This document shows positions 49,071 to 59,351 of a stretch of DNA of 64,000 nucleotides, one piece after another. The stretch spans positions 2,614-66,613 of the forward strand of contig CAJGDB010000001.1 in assembly GCA_904502165.1 (NCBI GenBank), in the 5' to 3' direction. The notes beneath the pieces are model-generated. The model made no database searches, was not told the DNA's origin, and saw only the letters and a program-made list of their open reading frames with translations. This DNA is from an uncultured Akkermansia sp. (GTDB lineage Bacteria; Verrucomicrobiota; Verrucomicrobiia; Verrucomicrobiales; Akkermansiaceae). Within the stretch, counting starts at the first letter, position 1; the number at the start of each line of letters is the position of its first letter. Made by a program: the position numbers and the translations under genes.

Positions 49071-49610
49071 ATGTTGAATCAGGAAGTGATTACTGAGGCA
49101 GAGACCGCTGCCATTCAGATTCCGGCCGGTAATGCTGTGTTGCTGCCGGAGGGGTCGCGTATCTACGTGACCCAGATGCTGGGAAACTCCATTACCGCCG
49201 CCACAGATATCGGCCTGGTTCGCATTACCCGTGAGGAGGCGGCCCGCGCCGGTATCATTGCTGATTCCCAGGTGGAGCAGGAGTGTGATGCTGGCCTGAC
49301 GCTGGAGGAGCGGGTCTGGAAGGTGCTCAGCAATATCTACGACCCGGAAATACCTGTGGATATTGTGAACCTCGGCCTCATATACGGAGTTGAGATTATT
49401 CCGCAGAAAGAGGGTGGAAGCCATGTCAGCGTGCAGATGACGCTGACGGCCCCCGGTTGCGGCATGGGCCCGCATCTGATGGCAGAGGCTGAAATGGGAA
49501 TTGCCGCGCTGGAGGGTGTGAAAAGTGTGGATGTGGAGTTTGTGTGGGACCCGCCGTGGAACCAGAGCATGATGACCGAAGAAGCCCGCATGCAGCTCGG
49601 GCTGGAATGA
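49071..49610 (+). CDS. sufT: Fe-S cluster assembly protein SufT (DUF59)
   Basis: YDPEIPVDIVNLGLIY, TLTAPGCGMG, VWDPPW. Confidence 0.88.
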   Translation: MLNQEVITEAETAAIQIPAGNAVLLPEGSRIYVTQMLGNSITAATDIGLVRITREEAARAGIIADSQVEQECDAGLTLEERVWKVLSNIYDPEIPVDIVNLGLIYGVEIIPQKEGGSHVSVQMTLTAPGCGMGPHLMAEAEMGIAALEGVKSVDVEFVWDPPWNQSMMTEEARMQLGLE

Positions 49611-49620
49611 CTCCTCGAGA

Positions 49621-50097
49621 ATGGGAAAGGTTACTCTAGAGCTGACGGAACCGGAGATGCGTGACCTGGCAGAGGTTTGCGCCATGGCTCTTACTGTGCT
49701 GGGGCAGGCTATGCCGGATGGCCGCAACCCCCGGGCCGATGCATGGCATAAGCTGCTTGTGGAGATTGTGAAGGCAGGGCGTACGGTGCCTGGCATTGCG
49801 CGTGATATGGAGCTGAACCCGGACTGTGGGTACTGGTTTTTCAAGCGCCCTTATGTTGAGAATGCTTTTTATTCCGATGTGATTGATGAATACAGGGATT
49901 CGGTGTTCTGGGAGGAGCTTGTGGGGAGGCTTGCCACGCGTACCCTGATGGAATACTATGGCCAGGAGGCCGTTGAGTCTTTGTCTCCGGAAGAACGGAC
50001 GGCACGCGTTGCCGCTATGGAAAAGACGCTCTGGAAGGAGGTTTCCCGCTACGGGGTGGATCGTCTTATGTTCATGCTTGCTCCGGAGGAGAGCTGA
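49621..50097 (+). CDS. Hypothetical protein
   Basis: 158-aa ORF 10 nt after sufT, ending before a terminator. Confidence 0.7.
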   Translation: MGKVTLELTEPEMRDLAEVCAMALTVLGQAMPDGRNPRADAWHKLLVEIVKAGRTVPGIARDMELNPDCGYWFFKRPYVENAFYSDVIDEYRDSVFWEELVGRLATRTLMEYYGQEAVESLSPEERTARVAAMEKTLWKEVSRYGVDRLMFMLAPEES

Positions 50098-50107
50098 TGG
50101 ATGAAGG

Positions 50108-50140
50108 AAACGCGCCGGTGTTGCGGCGCGTTTTGCTTTT
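50108..50140 (+). terminator. Intrinsic terminator
   Basis: AAACGCGCCG-gtgttg-CGGCGCGTTT followed by TGCTTTT. Confidence 0.7.
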
Positions 50141-50153
50141 ACGACAGGCTGCT

Positions 50154-52034
50154 TCAACCGAGCAGGTCATCAACGCTGATACCAGCGTGGCAAGGGGATT
50201 GCTGGTCGCATTTGCTGCGGTAGCAGGGGTGGCAGGGGGTGTGGTTGCTTACCACATGATGCCCTTCGCCCAGCGGTGCGTATGCGGCAGCTAGGCGGCT
50301 GCTCATGATGACATGGCAGGGGCAGCCGGCCAGGGCTGCCAGCTGCGGCAGGAGACCATCGACGGCGTACAGCCTGCAACCGGGACCCAGCAGGCTGGCA
50401 AGGGTATCGGGCTTTACGCAGGTGCAGGGAATGTCCAGCTCAGCAGCAAGGGAAAGCGCGGCTTCCTTATCCTGCTCAAAGGCAAGCAGGGTCGGTTTCT
50501 CCGGCAGACGCTCTGCGAGTTCCTTCCATTTCTCTGTCTGCCAACTGTCTGCCTTGCCCAGTGTGGAGAAGGGTGCGATATAGAGCCCTGTTGATTCGGC
50601 ATTGCCGCTGGCGGCATCTGCATAGGGCAGGCGCGTGGAGTCAATGTGCTCGTCGGTGAGTGTCTGGTATTCTTCAGATTTGTGGACGGGTTGTCCCCCG
50701 ACCGGCATGAAGTGGCGCGTGCGGAATCCGGAAGCAAGCGGGTTTGTGCCCATACCGCTCACGTACATGGGCATGAGTTTGCGGAGCCGCTTGAACACAC
50801 GAGCGTTCCCGCTCAGCATGAACAGGTAGTCGTAGGGCCCGTCCTTGTACAGTTCTTCTGCTTCGAGCTGAACGTCCGGCGGGGTGCAGCCATCTGTTGT
50901 CACCACGTGGGTGATGTAGGGCTGGGTTTGCCAGAATGCCTGCTGTGCGGTGGGGCAGACGACTGTGAGCTGCATATCGGCGCGGCATGCCTGCAGGCGG
51001 CGCATCATGGGAATCACGAGTACGGCCTCCTCAAAGGCTTCCGGTACGCAGAGGATGATGCGGAAGGGAAGCCGGGCATGCTGCCGGATGATTTCGTTGG
51101 TTTCCTCACTGGTATCAGGGGCAAAGCGGTATGAGGGTTTCCAGCGGTGGTGCATCCAGAAGCCGTCAAGAATACCTTTTCTCTGGGCTTTTTCGAGCGC
51201 CTGGTTGACGGCCAGGCTGATGGCGGCATTGCTGCCGGAGGTGTCTGATAGGTCTACCTTGTTTGAGAAATCAGCCTCCCATTGCCCCAGCCCGGTGGTG
51301 CGGCTGGAAACAACATACATGTGGATGTTTTCTTTGCGGCGTTTGTAGATGAGGCCGGGCAGCGGTGTGGTGCCCGTCACCTTGCCGAAGTAGGGAACGA
51401 ATACGCCCTGCTGGGTGAACTGGTCACTCAGTACGCCCAGCATGCCGCCATCCCTGGCCAGCCGGAAGATTTCCTTGAGTCCGTCCTTGATGTTGAACAT
51501 TTCGCATCCGAAGTGGGTGCGGATGTTATAGACGGCCTCTTCGAGCGCCGGGTTGTCCAGCCGGCGGTAAAGAGAACCGAAGCGGGCCACTTTCGGGAAG
51601 AGCGGGCGCAGACGCGCCATCATTTCCCAGTTTCCGGCGTGGGGCACACAGCAGATGATGCAATCTCCGGCTTCTGCTCTCTCAATGAAACAGGGATCTT
51701 CTACAAGCGAGACCGCGCGGTCTAATTCCTTGTCGGAAAGCAGGCCGGTCTTGAAGGTGCAGACCATGTTCTCGCAGGTGCGGACGATGTTCTGGCGAAC
51801 CAGGGAACTCAGTTCGCTGCCCCGCAGGGTCGGGTCAACGGCAATGCGGATGTTTCGGGCAACAACGCGTCGCCGGCTGGGAATGGCAGCCCAGACCAGA
51901 TAGCCGATGCCTCTGCCGATGAGGGCAATGAGGCGGATGTCAATAAAGCGGATGACCCCGTACATCATCTTCAGGAGCAGCTTTGTCACCTGATAGGCGG
52001 CTCCTTTCTTCTGGTGCTTTTTTCTGGAACTCAT
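50154..52034 (-). CDS. Fused lipid A acyltransferase (LpxL-like) and GT9 heptosyltransferase-like protein
   Basis: N-half PHAGNWE, YRRLDNP, LSDQ, FWMHHRWK; C-half IAPFST, VDGLLPQLAA, PCHPCY. Confidence 0.8.
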   Translation of the reverse strand: MSSRKKHQKKGAAYQVTKLLLKMMYGVIRFIDIRLIALIGRGIGYLVWAAIPSRRRVVARNIRIAVDPTLRGSELSSLVRQNIVRTCENMVCTFKTGLLSDKELDRAVSLVEDPCFIERAEAGDCIICCVPHAGNWEMMARLRPLFPKVARFGSLYRRLDNPALEEAVYNIRTHFGCEMFNIKDGLKEIFRLARDGGMLGVLSDQFTQQGVFVPYFGKVTGTTPLPGLIYKRRKENIHMYVVSSRTTGLGQWEADFSNKVDLSDTSGSNAAISLAVNQALEKAQRKGILDGFWMHHRWKPSYRFAPDTSEETNEIIRQHARLPFRIILCVPEAFEEAVLVIPMMRRLQACRADMQLTVVCPTAQQAFWQTQPYITHVVTTDGCTPPDVQLEAEELYKDGPYDYLFMLSGNARVFKRLRKLMPMYVSGMGTNPLASGFRTRHFMPVGGQPVHKSEEYQTLTDEHIDSTRLPYADAASGNAESTGLYIAPFSTLGKADSWQTEKWKELAERLPEKPTLLAFEQDKEAALSLAAELDIPCTCVKPDTLASLLGPGCRLYAVDGLLPQLAALAGCPCHVIMSSRLAAAYAPLGEGHHVVSNHTPCHPCYRSKCDQQSPCHAGISVDDLLG

Positions 52035-52053
52035 GATGCAGGGGATGGGCGCT

Positions 52054-52455
52054 TTAGTTGATGGTCATGAAACGGGGAACGTAGAAAGGCTTGCGGGTGT
52101 AGGGATCCCACACTTTGTCTCCTACGCTGCTCTTGGTGTAGTCGAGCTGGTAATGCGGCTCGTACGGTGATACGAGGATGTTGGAGAACTCACAGGGCAG
52201 ACCATAGGGAAGGCCGTCTTCTGCGTATTCCACCCGGCCCTGGAGGTAGCCTGAGGGGGGGAGGTCATACGGATTCACCTTAATCCAGTTTTCGCTGGCG
52301 GGTTTTCCGCCTGCGTCAGCAATAACGTGGGGGGGACGCTCTCCGGGATATTCATCGCGAATGAATTTATCTGCAACCTGCTGGATGATGCAGGAGTTGA
52401 GTGTTGCCAGACTGGTGAGAGCGAGAACTGCAATGAGTATGCGTCGTGTATTCAT
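52054..52455 (-). CDS. Hypothetical lipoprotein
   Basis: Lipobox LNSC after hydrophobic signal. Confidence 0.7.
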   Translation of the reverse strand: MNTRRILIAVLALTSLATLNSCIIQQVADKFIRDEYPGERPPHVIADAGGKPASENWIKVNPYDLPPSGYLQGRVEYAEDGLPYGLPCEFSNILVSPYEPHYQLDYTKSSVGDKVWDPYTRKPFYVPRFMTIN

Positions 52456-52473
52456 GATGTGGTGTCTGTATAT

Positions 52474-53307
52474 TTATGAAGGGCGGTAGGGAATGAGACT
52501 GACGCGGCTTTCCACGCAGTTCTCTCCCTGGGTGAAGTAGGGACAATAGCCGTGTTCTTCGATGATAGAGTGAATTTCCGGGTAACAGGCAAGCAGGGTG
52601 TCCAGCGCCGGGGCCAGCATGCGGATGTGGCGCTCCGGAAGCCCCATCCGGCCAATGCTGCCACCTTTGGGAAGCTTGCCGTACAGTTTTTCTGAGCCGT
52701 GGAATGCTACTTTGAGTTCCGGACGGCCGTGGTTGATTTCCTGATGGAAGGTCAGATGAACCGAGGTGGTCTGGTGGATGTTGGCCCCGAGAATACGGTC
52801 GATGATGAGCTCGGCGTAGCCGTTGTGTATCTTTACAGCAACGCCTTCGCCGTGGGTGATGATGGAGAAGATGCCCGTCTGGCGCATGCGGCAGGTATCA
52901 CGCAGGTATCGGTTAATCTCTGCTTCGGTGAAGCTGATTTCCTGTCCGTTTGCGTTGCGGAGCAGGGCAAGCAGGTCACGGGCACTACCGTGGTCTGCAT
53001 ATCCGGCAATGTTACGCATGTTCTGCGGTGTCCACATGCTCACCGTGGTGCTGATGAGGACGATGGAGAAAGCCAGAAAGATGAGAATAGCCAGAAGACT
53101 CCAGAAGTTGAAACGCTTCCATATCTCCATGAGGATATGGTGAGGCGCGGCGGGGGCTTCTTCTGTTTCCTCTTCCCCCGGCTGGGCAAAGAAGGCGCGC
53201 TTGGTGATGTCCTGGTTCTGAGTGTTTTTATCAAACAGGAAACCCCACAGGGAGGTCTCCTCTCCCGTGGTTTTCCTGGCGCGCTTTTTGTTAGTGCCTC
53301 CTGCCAT
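52474..53307 (-). CDS. Hypothetical single-pass membrane protein
   Basis: 277-aa ORF with one TM helix; TATACT -10 upstream. Confidence 0.7.
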   Translation of the reverse strand: MAGGTNKKRARKTTGEETSLWGFLFDKNTQNQDITKRAFFAQPGEEETEEAPAAPHHILMEIWKRFNFWSLLAILIFLAFSIVLISTTVSMWTPQNMRNIAGYADHGSARDLLALLRNANGQEISFTEAEINRYLRDTCRMRQTGIFSIITHGEGVAVKIHNGYAELIIDRILGANIHQTTSVHLTFHQEINHGRPELKVAFHGSEKLYGKLPKGGSIGRMGLPERHIRMLAPALDTLLACYPEIHSIIEEHGYCPYFTQGENCVESRVSLIPYRPS

Positions 53308-53390
53308 GAGCCTATACGCGTGCAGTATAGCGCAAATTCCGCGTCATGAAAAGCAAAAAACAGGTCTTGGCTGGCAGATGACAGGCTAAA

Positions 53391-54320
53391 TTAAACCTCT
53401 TCAAGCGCCCAGCGGAGGTATTTGAGGGATTCTCCCCAGATTTTGCGGTTGGTGCTGCCCAGAACAACGACGATAACGGCGCGTTCATTGCTGGAGGCGC
53501 ATGAAATAAGGCATTTGCCCGCCAGGTTGGTGTAACCGGTCTTCATGCCCTGTACCCAGGGGTGGCTGGTGAGCAGGCGGTTCGTGGAGCGGATGATACG
53601 CACCTGGCCGTTGTTGCGGCGGAACTCGTAGGCCGGAATATTGATCATGCTCCGGATAGTGCGGTTGTTATACGCATAGCATGCAGCCAGGGCCATATCG
53701 TAGGCTGTGGAATACTGATCAGCCGGCAGGCCGTTGGGGTTCTTGAAATGTGTGTTCTTCATGCCCATGCGGCGGGCTCGTTCATTCATTTTATCCACAA
53801 AGGCTTCCACGGTGCCGCCGCAGTCGCGGGCAAGGGAGACGGCCACATCATTGAAGCTGCCGGTCAGCATGGCTCGCAGAAGGTCTCTGCGGGTGTATTG
53901 TTCCCCTGCTTTCAGATTCAGGCGGATGGGCGGGGCAAGGCGGTCTGATGCCTGGATGGTGACAACCTTATCCAGGTCTTTCGTGTCGCACACGCAGAGG
54001 GCTGTCATGATTTTCTGGGTGCTGGCCACCTGCCTGCGCTGGCTGGCATTGTAGCCGTAGAGGACATGCCCGTTGTAGGGGTCAATGACGCAGACGGCGG
54101 CGCAATTCGGCCGCGGGGCTGCCTTTGTGGGAATGGGAAGGGGACGTGCAGGGTTCAGACCACTGCTGTGGGCTCGGCGAATCCGGCGTGCTTCCTGCGG
54201 AATCCTGGTGGGCCTTTGTCCTGCATGGGGTTGATTCTGAATGAACGGCGCGCTGAAGGCGGCTTCGGCCGGTTGAAGAATCAGGGTGCAGAATGTCAGG
54301 AGTGCGGCAAGATAACGCAT
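53391..54320 (-). CDS. D-alanyl-D-alanine carboxypeptidase (peptidase S11)
   Basis: ASTQK (SxxK), SFN (SxN), KTG, FKNPNGL. Confidence 0.9.
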   Translation of the reverse strand: MRYLAALLTFCTLILQPAEAAFSAPFIQNQPHAGQRPTRIPQEARRIRRAHSSGLNPARPLPIPTKAAPRPNCAAVCVIDPYNGHVLYGYNASQRRQVASTQKIMTALCVCDTKDLDKVVTIQASDRLAPPIRLNLKAGEQYTRRDLLRAMLTGSFNDVAVSLARDCGGTVEAFVDKMNERARRMGMKNTHFKNPNGLPADQYSTAYDMALAACYAYNNRTIRSMINIPAYEFRRNNGQVRIIRSTNRLLTSHPWVQGMKTGYTNLAGKCLISCASSNERAVIVVVLGSTNRKIWGESLKYLRWALEEV

Positions 54321-54370
54321 GGCGAGTGAGTCTAGGGGAGCAGGCGCTATTTGGCAAGTCTAAAATGTGT

Positions 54371-55498
54371 TCACACGGGTTCGGAGAAACGACCGCCGGG
54401 CAGGGGGATGATGCGGCGCTCTATCTGGAGGCGCATGAGGAGCGGCGTGATGCTGTGTGCGCCTTGCCCCAGGGCTGTGCAGAGGGCATCGAGGGTGTTA
54501 TGCCCGGCCCGCAGAGCCTGCAACAGGGCTGCTGTTTCCGCATCTGGCAGGGAGTGTCCCGATTCCTGAGCCGGCCGGGGTATGGCATCAAAGAGGGTAA
54601 GCTGCTGCGGGGCTTTGTTCCATTGCATATCCTCCAGGAGCTCTGCCGGTGAGGTGCAGAGGGTGGCGCCGTCGCGTATGAGTGCGTGACAGCCGGTGGA
54701 ACCTATGCTTGTAATTTGCCCGGGAATGGCAAATACGCTGTTGCCATAGTCGCTGGCTGATATGGTGGCGGTGTGCATGGAGCCGCTGCGCTGAGGGGCC
54801 TCCACCACCAGCGTGGCCCGGCTCCACGCGGCTACAATGCGGTTGCGCTGCGGAAAGGTGTTTCTGCTTGGGCGCATGTACATGGGGAATTCGCTTACCA
54901 GTGCTCCGTTTCCAGCGCAGATACGCTCGGCCAGTTCTGCGTTTTCAGCTGGGTACATGCCTGCCATGCCGAATCCCAGTACGGCAATGGTGCGGCCTCC
55001 GGCATCGAGTGCCCCCAGATGGGCTGCGGTGTCGATTCCTCGTGCGAGGCCGGAGATGATGGTGCAGCCGGCATCGGCCAGCTCACGCGCGAAGCGGCGG
55101 GCGGTCGTAAGCCCATAGGGCGAGGCTTGCCGGGTACCTACGATGGAGACGCTGCGGTCGCTGTCTCGTTCCACCCAGTTGCCCCGCACGTAGAGTACAA
55201 TGGGAGGGTCGCTCATGCGCCGCAGGAAGGAGGGGTATTCCTCATCTGTAATCGTGACCATGCGTACCCCGCGTTCTTCCGCGCAGTCCATTTCGGCTCT
55301 GGCATTGGTGCAGTTACGCCAGTCGGCAATGGCGCGAGCCAGCCCGGGACCGATGCGGGGTACCATGCTGAGCATGGTTTCCTTTGCCTGGAGAACAAGC
55401 TCGGCGCTACCGAAAAATTCCAGCAGCGCCTGAATCCTCACAGACCCGAGACCGGGAATGAGGTTGAGGGTAATGAGTGCCTCCTTGGGGGTGAGCAT
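54371..55498 (-). CDS. dprA: DNA-processing protein DprA
   Basis: PPIVLYVRG, IVGTR, ISGLARGID, FPQRNRIVA, C-terminal wHTH. Confidence 0.94.
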   Translation of the reverse strand: MLTPKEALITLNLIPGLGSVRIQALLEFFGSAELVLQAKETMLSMVPRIGPGLARAIADWRNCTNARAEMDCAEERGVRMVTITDEEYPSFLRRMSDPPIVLYVRGNWVERDSDRSVSIVGTRQASPYGLTTARRFARELADAGCTIISGLARGIDTAAHLGALDAGGRTIAVLGFGMAGMYPAENAELAERICAGNGALVSEFPMYMRPSRNTFPQRNRIVAAWSRATLVVEAPQRSGSMHTATISASDYGNSVFAIPGQITSIGSTGCHALIRDGATLCTSPAELLEDMQWNKAPQQLTLFDAIPRPAQESGHSLPDAETAALLQALRAGHNTLDALCTALGQGAHSITPLLMRLQIERRIIPLPGGRFSEPV

Positions 55499-55501
55499 GA
55501 A

Positions 55502-56368
<867 letters not shown>

Positions 56369-56375
56369 GGGCAAC

Positions 56376-56404
56376 ATGATAGCCCGCCAACCCATAATTG
56401 TAAA
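56376..56404 (-). promoter_or_regulatory. sigma70-type promoter for nadC-dprA (leaderless geometry)
   Basis: TTTACA-17nt-TATCAT, 7 nt before ATG 56368. Confidence 0.65.
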
Positions 56405-56439
56405 GGCAGAAATGCGCGGGAATATGCACCAGATTGCGC

Positions 56440-56468
56440 TTGCCATGATTTGGCGCGCATGGTAGAAT
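56440..56468 (+). promoter_or_regulatory. sigma70-type promoter for metG
   Basis: TTGCCA-17nt-TAGAAT (extended TG), 9 nt before ATG. Confidence 0.65.
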
Positions 56469-56477
56469 CGCCGCGCT

Positions 56478-58103
56478 ATGTTCTACATTACGACAGCAAT
56501 TGACTACACGAATGGCGCACCCCATATCGGGCATGCGTATGAGAAGGTTCTGGCAGATGTTCTGGCCCGCTGGCACCGAATGTGTGGTGAAGAGGTGTTC
56601 TTCCTGACGGGTGTAGACCAGCATGGCCAGAAAGTGCAGCAGAAGGCCGAGGCTGCCGGTATGCAGCCCCAGGAGTATGCCGATATGGTGACGCAGAAGT
56701 TCATTGCGCTCTGGGAACGCCTTGGCATTCAGTACGATGGCTGGGCTGCCACGACAGATGCCCGCCACAAGGCCTGTGTGCAGGCTATTCTGAGTGACCT
56801 CAAGGAGAAGGGCTACCTGTACAAGAAGGGCTACAAGGGTTTCTATTCCATCCGCCAGGAACAATTCCTCACCGATAAGGAACGCAACGAGGCCGGCGAG
56901 TTCGGCCCGGAATGGGGCGAAGTTGTGGAGCTCGAGGAGGAGAACTGGTATTTCAACCTCAGCCAGCATGTGGAGTGGCTCAGGGATTATGTGCTGAACC
57001 ACCCCTCTGTGGTGACTCCCGAATTCCGCCGCCAGGATTTGCTGAATGCCATTGAGCGCTCTGCCGGGGTGGATTTGTGTATTTCGCGTCCTAAGGACCG
57101 CCTTTCCTGGGGTATTCCGCTGCCCTTCGACCCGGATTTTGTGACCTATGTATGGTTTGACGCTCTGGTGAACTACATTTCCTTTGCCGGTTACAAGGCG
57201 GCAGAGGGTGCCGGGCTGCCTGATTTCAATAAGCTCTGGCCGGCCGCCTGCGAGGTGATTGGCAAGGATATTCTGGTGCCTGCACATGGTATCTACTGGC
57301 TGTGCATGCTGCACGCCATGGGCTTTGCTGATGACCAGATGCCTGAGCTTCTGGTGCATGGCTGGCTCAATATCAAGGGTGAGAAGATGTCCAAGTCTCT
57401 GGGCAATATTGTTGACCCGAACGATTTGTGCGATGCTTTCGGCGCAGAGGCTGTGCGTTACTATCTGGTGCGCGATACCAAGACTGGCTACGACAGCGAT
57501 TTTGACCCGGAGCGCATGAAGATGATTTACAACACTGAGCTTGCCAACGATATTGGCAACCTCTGCAATCGCTCGCTCAACATGTGTGTGCGCTACTGCG
57601 GCGGTGTGGTCAGCCTGGCTGAGGGGGATGATGAGCTTTCTGCGGCTCTCCGTGAGAGTATGAGCTCCACAGTTGCCCGCTTTGCCGACTGCATGAACAG
57701 CTACAACACGGCAGATGCCCTGGCGGCCCTGAATGCCCATGTGGGGCTTTGCAACAGCTATATCGAGCAGAAGCAGCCCTGGGCTCTTGCCAAGGACGAG
57801 GAAAAGCTGCCTGAGTTGCAGCGTGTGCTGGCACACCTGCTGGAATGCTGCGCCCAGGTGGGCTTCCTGCTGGGGTGCGTGCTGCCAGAGGCTTCTGCCC
57901 GCATCCTTTCCCAGCTGCAGCTTGATGTTACCGGGCTCACGCCGCAGAGCATGGTCTGGGGTATGGTGAAGAATGGCCACAGCGTGCAGGCTCCCAGCCC
58001 TGTGTTCCCGCGTATTCTTTCTGCCGAGGAAAAGGAGAAGATGGCTGCCAAGGCCGCCAAGGCCGCTGAAAAGGCTGCCCGCAAGGCGGCTCAGCAGGGT
58101 TGA
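56478..58103 (+). CDS. metG: Methionine--tRNA ligase
   Basis: FYITTAIDY, PHIGHAY, YVWFDAL, IGKDI, KMSKSLGN. Confidence 0.96.
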   Translation: MFYITTAIDYTNGAPHIGHAYEKVLADVLARWHRMCGEEVFFLTGVDQHGQKVQQKAEAAGMQPQEYADMVTQKFIALWERLGIQYDGWAATTDARHKACVQAILSDLKEKGYLYKKGYKGFYSIRQEQFLTDKERNEAGEFGPEWGEVVELEEENWYFNLSQHVEWLRDYVLNHPSVVTPEFRRQDLLNAIERSAGVDLCISRPKDRLSWGIPLPFDPDFVTYVWFDALVNYISFAGYKAAEGAGLPDFNKLWPAACEVIGKDILVPAHGIYWLCMLHAMGFADDQMPELLVHGWLNIKGEKMSKSLGNIVDPNDLCDAFGAEAVRYYLVRDTKTGYDSDFDPERMKMIYNTELANDIGNLCNRSLNMCVRYCGGVVSLAEGDDELSAALRESMSSTVARFADCMNSYNTADALAALNAHVGLCNSYIEQKQPWALAKDEEKLPELQRVLAHLLECCAQVGFLLGCVLPEASARILSQLQLDVTGLTPQSMVWGMVKNGHSVQAPSPVFPRILSAEEKEKMAAKAAKAAEKAARKAAQQG

Positions 58104-58126
58104 TGCGCTCCCGTCAATTTCAAATA

Positions 58127-58167
58127 AAAGACAACAGCGGCCGTTTTTTTCGGCCGCTGTTCTTTTT
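58127..58167. terminator. Bidirectional intrinsic terminator
   Basis: AACAGCGGCCG-ttttttt-CGGCCGCTGTT flanked by A- and T-runs. Confidence 0.75.
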
Positions 58168-59333
58168 CACATTTCTTCTACCAGCCCCATGTATTCCATC
58201 GGGGTATCGGTGCTGAGGTCTGCGAGCAACCAGATAAAGGGGCGCGAAAAGCTGATGATTCTGCCTGCCTGGTCCAGTTCGCTGACCTCCATACGGGGTG
58301 CGCGCCGGTTTTCATCAATGGTCACCCCGGAGGCGTGTATCAGGGCATTCAGGTGGATTTTGCCGGGCGTAAGGGGTGAGAAATCTGCCTGCTCCGAATG
58401 GAAGAGTGAGGCCAGCCCAAGTCTCCGCAGCGTATAACGCATATCATAGGGGCGCACTTCCAGTTTCAGGCGGGGGAATTCCACGAGTGTGTCTTCCGGT
58501 GCAGCCTTGGCAAGCGCAGAACGAATGCTGCTGAGTTGTTCCAGGGTGAGCTGCGTGGCGAATGTGCGGGCTGAGCCGGCCGGAAGAATACCGATGAGAG
58601 CGAGCGGGATTCCGGCCGGTTGGTTCTGCTTCAGCAGGAGAGCCACGGCCTGCCAGGAGCCGTCTTCTGCCCTGGCGGTGATGTACTGGCCGCGGCTACG
58701 CATCTGCTGGTAGTGCGGCATACCGCCGGAGGCGCTGTCGAAATCTGCCGTGCGGGAATGAGTGGGGTGAAAGGGCAGATACCCACCTGTATGGCAGTAG
58801 GCTGCCGCCCCGGCCAGCAACCGGGTGCGGGTGCTGACCATGTCAGTCGTGGCAAAGAGGGCATTGGCAGATGGGGCCAGGAAGCCATTGAACAGGCTTA
58901 GTGCTCTGGGTACATCTTCAGAAAACGGCAGGGGAACCAGGTTGACCCGGTTCTCGGTCCTGGGTACATTGATATCTACCGCCAGCAGGATGCTGCGCTC
59001 GGGTTCCGGTGTTCTCAAGACGGCCGTCTGGCTGAGTTGCAGGGCATCCAGTTCCTTTGCTGATTCTCCACCGGCGAGTTCCCGCAGGGCATGCAGGGTA
59101 TTGCTGACAACGCGGGGGGCTACCAGCACGTTGCCGCTCTGTTCTGAGAGAACCTGCTGGAAAAGCTTCAGGCTGAAAGCGTCTGTCCGGATTTCTTCCT
59201 GCGGAAGTTCAGGGGAGGCTTCTGTCTGCGGAGCGTCCGCTCCGTCTGCCTGCTTCATGTTCTTGTATAGCCCGCCGGCAAGTAGTCCTATGCCTGCCAG
59301 TGCGGGGAGAATGATGAAACGGGCGTTTTTCAT
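58167..59333 (-). CDS. Serpin-family protein, divergent, N-terminal membrane anchor or signal
   Basis: FSLKLF..NVLVAP, FPRLKLE, LRRLGL..LF..ADFS, VTIDE, FSRPFIWLL..MGLV. Confidence 0.75.
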   Translation of the reverse strand: MKNARFIILPALAGIGLLAGGLYKNMKQADGADAPQTEASPELPQEEIRTDAFSLKLFQQVLSEQSGNVLVAPRVVSNTLHALRELAGGESAKELDALQLSQTAVLRTPEPERSILLAVDINVPRTENRVNLVPLPFSEDVPRALSLFNGFLAPSANALFATTDMVSTRTRLLAGAAAYCHTGGYLPFHPTHSRTADFDSASGGMPHYQQMRSRGQYITARAEDGSWQAVALLLKQNQPAGIPLALIGILPAGSARTFATQLTLEQLSSIRSALAKAAPEDTLVEFPRLKLEVRPYDMRYTLRRLGLASLFHSEQADFSPLTPGKIHLNALIHASGVTIDENRRAPRMEVSELDQAGRIISFSRPFIWLLADLSTDTPMEYMGLVEEM

Positions 59334-59351
59334 GAGGAACAAGGGGAGGGG

